A stretch of DNA of 45,748 nucleotides from an uncultured Nitrososphaeraceae archaeon (GTDB taxonomy: Archaea > Thermoproteota > Nitrososphaeria > Nitrososphaerales > Nitrososphaeraceae): the NCBI GenBank assembly GCA_963825865.1, contig CAWGVG010000051.1, forward strand, positions 1 to 45,748, read 5' to 3'. The position numbers were made by a program, and so were the translations under genes. Shown piece by piece: positions 1-11,029 of the stretch (position 1 is the stretch's first letter; each line of letters opens with the position of its first letter). Below the pieces are notes generated by a model. It was not told where the DNA came from. It searched no databases and saw nothing but the letters and a program-made list of their open reading frames with translations.

Positions 1-563
1 TGCAGCTGCAAGGAAAGTCGGTCAGCCAACAGATATTCCATGACTTAAAAACTGTGACTCTATTTTTCATGACAAAGGTTGCTATTAGCAATAACATTGC
101 TTCTGTTAGTGGAATACTTATACCTCATGCTACAAGGGAAGATATTCCAAGCAATTCTGTGATAAACCCTACAATTATTGATTCAACTGAGGATGACTGC
201 CTAGATAATAACTATCCATGATTCTCGGACGTATTTAACTACTGATAACAGATACTTTCGACTGATAAATAATACTAATAGAAAATATCTGACATGCTTC
301 TTTGGCATGAAAAGTTGCCTACACAGTTGAAGCTGTAGTATGTTAAATTAATAAACCAAAAGAATTTCTTTTAGCACTCAAAATATTAAATTGTATTGAA
401 GACATTTTATATCAAAGTATAAGGGAATTGTTATTACAGAAGTGAGGCTTATTCTATACATTATCTATTACAAAGTAATATGTTTGATAGAAACTAGTCC
501 TAGGTTTAGTACAAATAGAGGGATAGCATAAATACTTATTCTTTCATTTCCTCTTTGATTCTG

Positions 564-821
564 ATGCGATATAGAAGCAGAAGTGACATAGCTGAAATGA
601 TTCTAGAAGCCGCTAATGGTGGAGCTACCAAGACAAAAATAATGTATAAAGCCTTTCTATCTTATGTTCAATTAAAGGAATACTTGGCAGTTTTAGAGAA
701 AAATGGTTTGATAGAATATGAAGATGGAATGCGATCTTATAGAACAACGGAGAAGGGAATATGTTTGTTACGAATATATAATCAAGCCGATGAATTAGTT
801 GCTCTTAATGACAATAAATGA
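564..821 (+). CDS. Winged helix-turn-helix transcriptional regulator (archaeal HTH_45/DUF4364-like)
   Basis: MRYRSRSDI..ILEAANGGATKTKIMYKAFLSY.QLKEYL..L...GLI...Y.TTEKG pattern; ATG at 564 preferred to TTG at 555. Confidence 0.85.
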   Translation: MRYRSRSDIAEMILEAANGGATKTKIMYKAFLSYVQLKEYLAVLEKNGLIEYEDGMRSYRTTEKGICLLRIYNQADELVALNDNK

Positions 822-978
822 AAAAATAAGGAAATTCTGTTCTTTTCATTTTTTCTAATACTTGCAGTTGCTTTTGCCTTTTCTTGCTAAAAAATAAAAG
901 TTGATTAAGTCTACTTTTATTTTTTACTATTCATATGACGTTTGTTACTAATATATAATCAAGCCGATGAATTAGTTG
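763..978 (+). repeat. 39-bp direct repeat (763-801 and 940-978, one mismatch) copying the 3' end of the wHTH gene
   Basis: GTTTGTTAC(G/T)AATATATAATCAAGCCGATGAATTAGTTG read at both positions. Confidence 0.9.
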
Positions 979-1636
979 TGATATGGTGTCTTATCTTAGT
1001 TCCAACTCTCTATGATGAGAAGGGAATATTTGGTTATTTTGTTAAGGATACTAAAACCAATTATCTAACCAATATATTGTTAGTAGAAATAGTAATGTTA
1101 CTAATTGATAGTAATACTTATAATTTTGCTAATGGCTAATAATATTGTGAAAGAAGACGCAGCAGAACGAGTATTGAAACTGCTAATTGAAGAAAAGATC
1201 TTATAGTTCGAGTTCTTAAAATAATAGAAAGTGAAGAATACTCTACTAAAGATAGTCAGTTCAAATATTATAAGAGTGGGCGAATAATAAAGCCACATGA
1301 TGTTCCTAAAAATATAGGACTCTGGATTAATTAAAGATAATAAAAAGACTTACATTCTTGAGAAAATTAAGTCAAACGTAATTGGGTAGCTATCGCATAC
1401 TCTGCCAGCACTTTTTATAACGGTGGTATTCTATGAATAGGCATCTAATCTAACATCTGATTTAGAGTTTGCTTTGGTGAAGAGTAGATTCTATTATTGG
1501 TTTGTATGTCACATGGTACAACATAACAAAAAATATATATAAAAATGTGGCTTGAAGATAAAGCGATCCAGTTCCAATTATTAAAAAGCAATACATATAC
1601 TAATATTCAACAGACTTTTCAACATAAAATTAGCAA

Positions 1637-2023
1637 TTGGCAAGAGCTGATAATTTTGCAGTTGAAAAAGGAAAAGCAGACAAAGCTATAGAATGGATGA
1701 ATTCCTATGCTAAGAAAAATAATGAAAAGTTTGAGGTGAAACTGGAAGGATATTTTTTATCAACAATAAAATTCGGTAGTTTTGAGGTGATATCTTGGAA
1801 GGGTGATTGGTCAATTGCTCGCAATATTATGTTAAAAACGAGGAGCAGGTTAAACATGAAAGTATTGGAAGCAGGTTATCATGAAAAGGGTAATCTTCTT
1901 TCATCATTTTTTGGAGCTAGTAGAGAATTTGCAAAGGTTTATCGTAATGGCAATCTTATTGGACAAATAGAATTAGGATCCAAGTCAGGTAAATGGACGA
2001 TAAAGTCGGAAAAACTAGTATAA
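1637..2023 (+). CDS. Hypothetical protein, 128 aa
   Basis: Clean ORF with protein-like composition, TTG start, T-rich tract downstream. Confidence 0.75.
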   Translation: MARADNFAVEKGKADKAIEWMNSYAKKNNEKFEVKLEGYFLSTIKFGSFEVISWKGDWSIARNIMLKTRSRLNMKVLEAGYHEKGNLLSSFFGASREFAKVYRNGNLIGQIELGSKSGKWTIKSEKLV

Positions 2024-2414
2024 AATGACATCACTATGTTTTTTTGTTTTATCACAGATGTATACAAGTTATGATTACGTCTGTTTTACTGTGTTCGCAA
2101 AATAAGGTAAAAGATTTATAGTCCGTTGCCTGTTTAGGGAAAGTATAATATTAACAAGACATATTTTTGTCATACTAAAAATTTGTTAGAAGGAAAGAAA
2201 AAATTAGGTATAAGATTAACATAATGTTGGCGATTCTTCATTTTCTAATTTTGTCTACTTTTGACCGTCAACAACAGGCTATCATTTTACGCTGTTAGTC
2301 GATTAACTACGAAATATTTATAATATATCTATCTAAAAATATATGCTTTTGTCTAATAAAAGTATAATACCTACTACCATTTTATACCAAAGCAAGTAAG
2401 AGAATGGTAAGAAA

Positions 2415-2675
2415 ATGACATGTAAAGGTATATGTATACGCCATAAAGCGCAAAAACCAGTTGGATCGGGTCGTTATGCTATGGGACAGAAACGTTGTCA
2501 AATATGTGAGCTATTCATAGGATGGGATGGATTGTGGTGTCCTTGTTGTGGATATAGATTAAGAACAAAACCACGAAATTTGAAATATAAGGCAAAGTTA
2601 AAAGCAAGAAAGGAAATAGAAGAATCTAAAATATTATTACATGTACAGCCTGCGCAAAAGAATGTCCAAAAGTAA
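2415..2675 (+). CDS. Small Cys-rich, basic putative zinc-binding protein
   Basis: CxxxC, CxxC and CPCCG motifs; TTTATA about 30 bp upstream; resembles a multicopy thaumarchaeal family. Confidence 0.8.
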   Translation: MTCKGICIRHKAQKPVGSGRYAMGQKRCQICELFIGWDGLWCPCCGYRLRTKPRNLKYKAKLKARKEIEESKILLHVQPAQKNVQK

Positions 2676-3065
2676 TAGAATAACACACTATTATAACAAT
2701 ACAGGCAGCAATCAAATCCAAAAAATAAATGTGGATAGTGTTACCAATAACTGATAACGATATTACAGAGAAATAGAATTGGAAAGGTTAAAAATAAATA
2801 ACTTTTTGAATAAATAACTAGAGAAAGCTTTTCCATATCGCACAATACGTGTAACAGAAATTTTTCGAATTAATGTTAGATCTAGTACACCAATAAACAA
2901 AAAAATAGTTGACTCAACGAATTTACAAAATAATGGCATTAAGGTAGATACAACAATGAGGTTGTGTTTGCTTGTTTGCTTGTTTGCTATGATAAATACA
3001 TATGGTTATCAAAATTATAATAAAAACCCACCCTAAAAAAGTAATAATACTCTTTATAACCATTA

Positions 3066-5457
3066 TTACTTGCGGATGATTTTCATTAACCAATATTTTA
3101 CACGATGTACACCAGGAATGGTAAAGTCTCTTGCAATGACAATAGGACAATTTAATTGATCCAATAATGCCAAAAAGTGTAAATTATTAAAGAAGCTGAA
3201 TTTTCCGATAGTGGCACCCGCAATTACCAGATCCGGTTGCGATGAATTAACAGCAGATAAAATCAAATCGGCAGATCTCTCGCTATTCTTCCCAGTTTCC
3301 TCTGACAAATAAATTTCATTATACTCTATTCCAACTTGTTCAAGATACTCCTTTTGTTTGACATTGTTAGAAAGGTCGTTGGATTCATTAATATTATCAT
3401 CGTCCTCTTTTTTATTTACTGATAACACATTTACGTTAAATTTTCCAGAATGTTCTAGCCAGCTTGTCGCCTTTAGTACAACGTCAGAATGATCCCCTCC
3501 ATCATACAGGATCACCATGTTCTTCTTTTCCTCTGGTTTCTGTGAAAAAGGTGTTATTATATTCCGATCTGGTGATTCAAATAGGCGGAGGTCGTCGCCA
3601 GTTGTTCTAATAGCGAATACATCACGTGTAACCAATGTTTGAAGTTTCTTGCTATTTCGGAAAGTTTCAAAATCAGTAATCAGTAGATCAATATTTTGTT
3701 CTTCAATTGTTGCTAATATAGCTTCTATAGCATCATGTGATATTCTAACTAGATAATGATTCAAAATATTCTCTTTTTCCAGCATTTTTTCCAGAGGTAC
3801 AAATGATTTCCTAGCAGTCTCGGCAAAAGCAATTCCTGCAGAAAGTGGTGTTTGATGTGGCACTGTAATTACTCTAAGAATGTTCACTTCACCGTCTTTC
3901 TCTTTGGCAATCGTCGTCGCATACTTTATCAACCTGTCCGGATTTTCCGGCGTATAGGGAATTAAAATTCTATAATCCTTTCTGGTCAGATCGCCTTCAC
4001 TTGTTATTATGGGGGCATAGTGATCAATTTCTTTTTTGAAAGTATACATACGATAAAGTGCAAAGCCAGCTAACACCCATAAAGCTGAAATACCCCAACT
4101 CAAAGGTTGTGTCACTAATAGATAAATTGCAAGACTGAGATTAAGAAAAACGCCTATAATAGGAATTACTGGAAAGAAAGGCATCTTAAATCCATAGTTT
4201 AGTTTATCTCCATACATTCTTCTTATTGTAATGACAGAGATATTTACTTGAGTGAACAGGAGTAGAAAAATAACGCCAGAAGCAACTGCTATTTGGTCAA
4301 GTGGTAATGCATATGCCATGACAGCCATAATAACACCTGATATTGCGGTGGCAATATGAGGAGTTTTATATTTAGTATGTATAGAACTCAGCAAGTGTGG
4401 TAGATTATAGTGTCTGCCCATTGCAAAGGCAACCCTGGAGGAGGAGAACGTAGTAGCATTTAGAGCTGCTAGGGAAGATACAATACCTCCAGCAAATACT
4501 ATGAATGCTCCATATGGCAGGAATAATCCTGCCGCTTTCATAATACCAAGGTCACCATTTTGCCCTATGAATTTCCATGCTGGAATACCCACAGGAAATA
4601 TTGAACCTATGGAAACAAAAGCAACAAGACAATACAAGACAACAACAAGTGCTAATGATATGAAAATTGCCCTTGGGATGTTTTTCTTTGGATTCTTTAC
4701 CTCCTCACCGGTTTGAACTATTATTTCGTAACCTTCAAATGCAATAAATGTCAAACCCATTGCGAGCTACAACTCCACCTATGCCTTTTGGTAAAAAATC
4801 GACAAAATTAGTATGCCAGTTTGGATGTGTATGCATTGCCCAAAAACCAGCACCAATTAGGACGAGAATAGTCCCAAGCTGAAATACTGTAACTATAGTT
4901 CCAGTTTTGCCTGTCTCTGAAACTCCTTTAACATTAATATAAGTAAAAGCAACTATAGATGCTACTGCTATCAACTTATCAAACGGAATGACTCCTAGAA
5001 GCCCTTGGTTTCCAAGGATATTCAACATTTTTAATAAGCTAAACAGAAATGATCCAAATCCTACAGAGTATAAGCTACCCGCAACAATATGTGCAAACCA
5101 TGCCATCCATCCACTGATAAAAGCATTTGGTCTTGGCAGTCCTTCTCTAACCCATAGATAACCACCGCCAGCCTCCGGCATTACCGAACCTAGTTCAGCA
5201 TACCCCATGGCTGTAAAAAGCGTGATTATTGCGTTAATTAAAAAGGCGATAATGACTGCACTACCTGCGAGACCTATGGCCGGTCCAGTAAGAACAAATA
5301 TGGCCCCTCCTACTAGGCCAGCTATCCCAATCATGGTAATATCAACAAGACCCAATGAGCGAACAAGGTGATGTTGATGAGCGTGTTCCGGTGATAATGG
5401 CGACTCTTGATCGTCTGGGGTCGACAATAGTTGCACACCTATCTCCAAAAAGAGCAA
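3066..5457 (-). CDS. APC-family amino acid permease with C-terminal universal stress protein-like domains (one frameshift at about 4764)
   Basis: GGAIF, YAELGS.MPEAGGGY and FIAFEGYE motifs; two ORFs join as GIGGVVA-AMGLTFIAFEG when one base is removed; soluble C-terminus with USP-like ILIP and DLVIAG segments. Confidence 0.9.
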
Positions 5458-5606
5458 TTAAAACGTTTACAATCAATGCGCTATTATAGTATATATTTAA
5501 ATAATGAATTGTCGATTAGGGTTGATCTTTAGCGTACCTTGACTTTCGTTGTTTCTTAGATATTTTTGCATTTTGTTTATATTAGTAGGTATCTTGGTAT
5601 TATTAT

Positions 5607-5963
5607 TTAATTCGCTGTAATAAGTAACAAACGATTATTAAATTCTATGGCAAGACTTGTCTGCTTTAGCTTCAAACGAATTTTATTTGCAAACTTTATC
5701 ATCCTTTTCTCATCAATATTATTGGTATGTATTTCAGCACGAACATACTTTACTGGTTCAAATTTACCTTCAAAATAACCATCGAATTCCATAAGTGACA
5801 TTCCTCCATATTTAGAAGCCATGTTACGCACAACTTGTAGATAGCCCTCTACTCTAGGTAGATAAAATTTTACGGAATCATTCAATACTTTCACTTTAAT
5901 ACCGTCAGAGACGACACTCTTAGTTTCGTTCATTACTATTTCCGTTAATGTTGTATATGCCAA
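5607..5963 (-). CDS. Hypothetical protein, possibly DUF3574/PII-like fold
   Basis: KYGGMSLMEFDGYF...E...IRLKLKQTSLAIE resembles the DUF3574 pattern by eye. Confidence 0.6.
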   Translation of the reverse strand: MAYTTLTEIVMNETKSVVSDGIKVKVLNDSVKFYLPRVEGYLQVVRNMASKYGGMSLMEFDGYFEGKFEPVKYVRAEIHTNNIDEKRMIKFANKIRLKLKQTSLAIEFNNRLLLITAN

Positions 5964-6779
5964 TTAAATCCTTTATTATTAACGTGAAACGTGAATTATA
6001 GTTCTGATAAAGAGACAAAAGAAAAATACATCGCTAATCCATTTTAAAGTCCAGCAATTTCATCACCACAAGTAAATAAAAATATGCAGATAAAGATAGA
6101 GTATTGATACTAACAAACAAGAAAAAGGCAAAATTCAGATATGGTTTAGGTCCAGAGGTCAATCAAGGGCAAGGAATAACTAAAGAAGCAATAATCAAAA
6201 TCTTCTTATTTATAAAATGTTTTTTGCTACATTGATTCTTGACAAATATCTGTTAATGGATATTATATATTAAATATGATCTTTCTTTGACCATTATTTA
6301 TGAATTAAAGCCCTCATCTATAGTCATTATAACTTACTAAGCATTATGTGCCATATTATACCACGAAGAAAGGTGGATTACTTATACCAGCCTCGCCAGT
6401 TTCCATAATGAAAAACATGGAGAATTCAATGCCTGCAGCGGAAAGGCTGAAGAGATCTGATAATAGAAAATGAAGAGGTTGTGCAATGGCTCATTACGAA
6501 TACAGGATATGCAATACCTACTTTGCGACAAAATCTAATGAAGCATACATACAAAAAACCCTGATTGATATGTAAAGATCGAGAAATTGCCGCTGATTTA
6601 GTTTATTCAAAAAATGAAAGGTATTGAGTTATATCGAGAAATGCTTTAGTATAAGGGAGTTAGAAATAAGATTTTTCGTTTTTATTAATAAAAATCTTGT
6701 GCATATGGAGCCAATTTTCTTATACAATATAACACATTTGCCTTTTATATTTAGGATCTAAACCTACATTATTGTAATG

Positions 6780-8173
6780 TTATCTTTGTGAACATTTGAT
6801 ACATTTTTCAACAAGTCTCTTTGGCAATCTGCTATCTGCGAAGTGAAGGTGCATATATGATGCCAGACAATTGTATACAACAAAACCATCTTTTTTATTA
6901 TCTATTCCACTTCCCCTTTTCAAAACATATGCAAATTTTGAATCTTTGGCAATGTTTTCAATTTTAGAGTAATGGAATTCATGACCTCTGATTTTAGATA
7001 TCTTGCCAAAAATAGACGCATTGGAATCGGCGTCGGTATAATTCAGGGTTAACTTACCAGTCATGAAGGTGTCTGCATCTATCAATCCGATCATCTTTCG
7101 TTTTTTATTATTATCATCACATTTGTAACCTCTAATTGATCTGGTAAGGTACATTAATCCGCCGCATTCGCCATAAATTGGTATTCCATCTTTTGCTGCC
7201 TTTTGAAATTGATTTTATCATTGATTGATTCTTCTCAAGTCTTTCTGCCAATACTTCCGGGAAACCACCTCCAAGAATAACTCCGGAGATATTTTCTGGT
7301 AGTTTACTATCATTTACAGGGCTAAAGAAAACCAGATGCGCTTTTTGTCTTCTCAGAGCGTCAAGGTTGTCCGCATAGTAGAAGTTAAACGATTCATCCA
7401 TAGCTATTGCGATCTTTATTTGACCATCTGGGAAGCGGTTATGTCGTATATCGAGATGAGCGCTACAATGAACCCTATGTACTCGATTCAATAGATCTGT
7501 TATTTTATCAATATTAATTTGTTCTGATACATATTTCGCAGACTGAAGAATTGCTGCCTTTTTCTTTTCTTGTAACTCGGAAGCTGGAATAAGACCCAAG
7601 TGACGTTCCTCCATCTTGTTTTTCTTATTTCGTCTGATTATTCCTACTATGGGAGCTTTCACTTTATAAGCAAAGGCATCTGTGATAAAATTTGCGTGCT
7701 TATCTCCAGCAACATTATTTAGAATAATTCCTATTATTCTCAGCCTCTTATCAAAATGTAAAAAACCAAGTGCTATCGCTGCAATTGAGCGTGCTGCCTT
7801 TTCCCGCATCAATCACAAGTATCACCGATGCATCAAGTATTTTGGCTACATAAGCGGTGCTTGCAAAATCGTCTCCACCTGAAAGTCCATCAAAGACACC
7901 CATAACACCTTCGATTACTGCAATGTCAGCTCCATCTAATGTATTATAGAAACATTCCAAAACGCCATTCTTGCCCATCATCCATGCATCTAGATTGCGT
8001 GATTGCCTGCCTGCTACATAAGTATGATAACTAGGATCAATAAAGTCTGGACCAATTTTGAATGGCTGAACGTATAAGCCTTTTTTTTTCAATGCATATA
8101 TAATAGCAGTAGTTACAGTAGTCTTACCAACTCCGCTTGTTACACCAGCTACAACAATTCTTGGAATATTCAA
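6780..8173 (-). CDS. cbiA: Cobyrinate a,c-diamide synthase (two frameshifts, at about 7798 and 7200)
   Basis: SGVGKTT P-loop, FKIGPDFIDP, EGVMG, ERHLGL, FNFYY, GGGFPE, YGECGGLMYL (after frame repair), GHEFHYS, SYMHLHF. Confidence 0.93.
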
Positions 8174-8494
8174 TTGATTAACACTGCTAAATTTTTTTAT
8201 TTTAACTTATTGTAAGTGGTAGTAGTTTTAATGCTGGGAGAGAATTGTTGAATACGCATAGAACCTTAATACTTATATACTTTATCTCATTTTTGGCCTT
8301 TTACTATGAGTAATCAACAAGAGGAAGAAAAAGATGAACAGACATCAAGGGAAGAACAAGAACTGGAAGATGAAGAGAAATATGATACTCTCTAACATGA
8401 CTTAGAATACAAGTCAACTCTATTGAAATATGTTAGATTCTTATCTTCACAATTGCTATTAAATAATACAACGCATACCACTTTACAAACAGAT

Positions 8495-8644
8495 ATGTCG
8501 TCATCGTCATTCTCTTCTCCTTCTAGAGAGCTTTGGTGCTTTGATTGTAATTCCATAAAGGTAGTATGTCTGCATAGTTGCTGTCCAGAACATTGTGATA
8601 TGTGCAATAGGATCAAAGCAATGCTAATGAAATCAAACTTGTAG
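8495..8644 (+). CDS. Cys-rich microprotein, 49 aa
   Basis: WCFDC...CLHSCCPEHCDMC; 7 Cys and 2 His in about 25 residues. Confidence 0.5.
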   Translation: MSSSSFSSPSRELWCFDCNSIKVVCLHSCCPEHCDMCNRIKAMLMKSNL

Positions 8645-8729
8645 CAGCCACGTTAATTTTTTTAGTATATAGTAGAAAAAAGAAACAGAGTATATAATTT
8701 ACGACAATGTAGTAAATGTAATGTTGTTT

Positions 8730-9300
8730 ATGATGGATTCTGTGGGTCCGCTTGCTATTATGCGGAGTTTATAGCCAAATATCCACTGCTTGGTATGACT
8801 GAATCCCCATCTGGCATCTATGTTGTCGATACCTAAACGTGGTAATACTACTTATTTAATCATGGATGGTTTATGATACCAGAGGTGTCTTTTATCTTTC
8901 AGTAACGTACTATTCGTAGATACAATGTAAGGATCAATCAATCTTTCTTGACAAATCGATTTCAATAGTCAATATTATTTCTTTGATGTCAACAGATATC
9001 TTTGCTAGCCTTCTGTCAAAGGTCCTTCTACCATCCTGTAGCAGAGCGGTTAATCCACAAGCTTTCATTATGCCAGATTAGAATCCAATCTTAGCCATAT
9101 CATAACTACTACCAAACACCTCAGTATTACAATTGGAGTGTATATACATACAGTCTTCTTCCTCTTTTCTTCTTCCTCTGACATGTAGGCCAAGGCATCA
9201 ACCCTATGAAATGTAAAATGCTAATTAAGATGGATTCTGAAGTATTTGTTGCAGCCCAGCCTTCTTTGGCTGGCTTTGATCGTTTTTCAACATAAAACAT
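8730..9300 (-). pseudogene. Decayed DDE transposase fragment (DDE_Tnp_1-like, N-terminal half)
   Basis: Manual translation across frames: KRGRRLYVY / ILRCLVV.IWLRLDSN / RRTFDRRL / IDPYIVSTNSTLLK / DARWGFSHTKQWIFGYKL; multiple stops and shifts. Confidence 0.7.
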
Positions 9301-9379
9301 CATACACTCTGAGGCTAGCTCTTATATCAAATCATCACTAGAAATTGAAAAAATATGAACAGGAAATTATGTCCCAGCC

Positions 9380-11029
9380 TCAATTAATTAACCGTTTTCT
9401 TAAATTGACGTTATAATCTAGTCCAAATCGGTGAGCTTCATCTCTGATATGCTGTAAAATCTTAAGCGCAGAAGTATTTTTTGGAAGAATTATAGGTTCG
9501 CTTGAGTAAGGCGTATAGATTTCTTCGTTTTCTTTTGCAAGTGCAATACACGGAATGTCCATTCCTAACTTATGAATAGCACTTATTGCTGAGTGTAACT
9601 GTCCCTTTCCCCCATCGATTACTATCAAATCTGGCATTTGATATTGATCAGTTTTTTCAGATAATGAATATCTACGTGTTACAACTTCTTCTATCATTGC
9701 GAAGTCATTTTGACTAGGTATTGTCCTGATTTTGAATTTCCTGTATTCGGCTTTGTTTGGCTTACCGTTAACAAATCTTGTGCACGATCCAACCGCAAAT
9801 GAAGTTCCAAAATTAGAAATATCAAAACAATCAATTACAGCAGGCAGTATGGATAAATGAATGATATTTTTCAATTCTACTATTCCCGGATCACATCCTT
9901 TTTCAATATGAAAGATAAGATTGCGTGCAACTAGTTCCATTAACTGTCTCTTTTCTTTTATCTGAAAGCCTTTAGAAATATTGATAATGCTTACTTTATG
10001 CTCAGCAAATTGCTCAAGTGATGCTTCTAAAGCATCCTTGGATTCTATTTCTTCATTCACATATACAAACCTAGGAATTATCGAGACTGTTGAATAATAC
10101 TGCGAGAGAAAGGTCGTCAGTGAATTGTCACCGACCAAATCAAATTCAAAATTTCTCCTATCGCTTATAACTCCATGAGTTCTGCGCAAAGTCATTACAT
10201 ATGCAATACCTTTTGCAATATCTTTCAGAATTCCAACATATTCTTCCTCAGCATTACGATCTACTGCCTTTTCCATTTTCTGATTAACGCGTAAATTGTC
10301 TAGTCTATGCAGAGTATCACGAATTTCCTTTGCCTTTTCGTATTGTTGGAGCTCGGATGCTCGCTTCATTTCGTTTTCCATGTCATTAACAAATTTTTTG
10401 ATGCTGTTTTTTCCTTCTAGTATATCTTGCAATGCAAAAACATTTCTCATGTATTCAGTTCTTGTCACATTGTATATGCATGGCGCATCACAATTTTTAA
10501 TGAAATATTCTAAACATGGCTTTTTGGGCAACTTGTCGCAAATTCTAATTTTGAATAATTTTCTCAAAAGACCCATGGTGAGAAATTTTGAACTTCCCCG
10601 TACAAAAGGCCCATATACTTTGCCTTTTGGTCCATAAAATTCACCGTTCCTGTTGCGTCTGGCTACTAATAAACGTGGAAAAGTTTCAGCCGTAATTTTC
10701 AGGTATGTGTAGCGCTGTTGATCTTTTAATTCGATATTGAATATTGGTCTGTATCTTTTGATAAGATTTGATTCTAACAAAAATGCCTCGATTTCATTAT
10801 CAGTTACTATAAATTCAATGTCTACGATCTTGCTTACAAGTCGCGACGTTTTCCAGTTATTATTATTTTGTTTTGAGAAATAAGAGCTGACGCGTTTACG
10901 AAGATTTTTTGCTTTACCTATATAAATTATTTTACCTTCATTATTCTTCATTAAATATACTCCAGGATCCTGTGGGACTTGTTTTTTTGTTGTAGAAACG
11001 ATATCTGTTTCTGCAGATTCTGTGATTAT
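9380..11029 (-). CDS. uvrC: Excinuclease ABC subunit C (no C-terminal HhH domain)
   Basis: PQDPGVYLMK..IIYIGKAKNLRKRVSSYF GIY-YIG domain, UVR domain, CFDISN, DGGKGQL, RDEAHRF; frame stays open upstream of the ATG at 10951 to an ATA at 11029. Confidence 0.93.
   Translation of the reverse strand: MITESAETDIVSTTKKQVPQDPGVYLMKNNEGKIIYIGKAKNLRKRVSSYFSKQNNNNWKTSRLVSKIVDIEFIVTDNEIEAFLLESNLIKRYRPIFNIELKDQQRYTYLKITAETFPRLLVARRNRNGEFYGPKGKVYGPFVRGSSKFLTMGLLRKLFKIRICDKLPKKPCLEYFIKNCDAPCIYNVTRTEYMRNVFALQDILEGKNSIKKFVNDMENEMKRASELQQYEKAKEIRDTLHRLDNLRVNQKMEKAVDRNAEEEYVGILKDIAKGIAYVMTLRRTHGVISDRRNFEFDLVGDNSLTTFLSQYYSTVSIIPRFVYVNEEIESKDALEASLEQFAEHKVSIINISKGFQIKEKRQLMELVARNLIFHIEKGCDPGIVELKNIIHLSILPAVIDCFDISNFGTSFAVGSCTRFVNGKPNKAEYRKFKIRTIPSQNDFAMIEEVVTRRYSLSEKTDQYQMPDLIVIDGGKGQLHSAISAIHKLGMDIPCIALAKENEEIYTPYSSEPIILPKNTSALKILQHIRDEAHRFGLDYNVNLRKRLIN

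Noticed and set aside
1-245. Possible membrane-protein remnant on the minus strand (SIIVGFITELLGISSLVA*GISIPLTEAMLLLIATFVMK)
   Set aside because: It has an internal stop, is cut by the window edge and matches no family I can recognise
2964-2988. Short tandem repeat (TGTTTGCT) x3
   Set aside because: Too short and not linked to a credible gene or promoter
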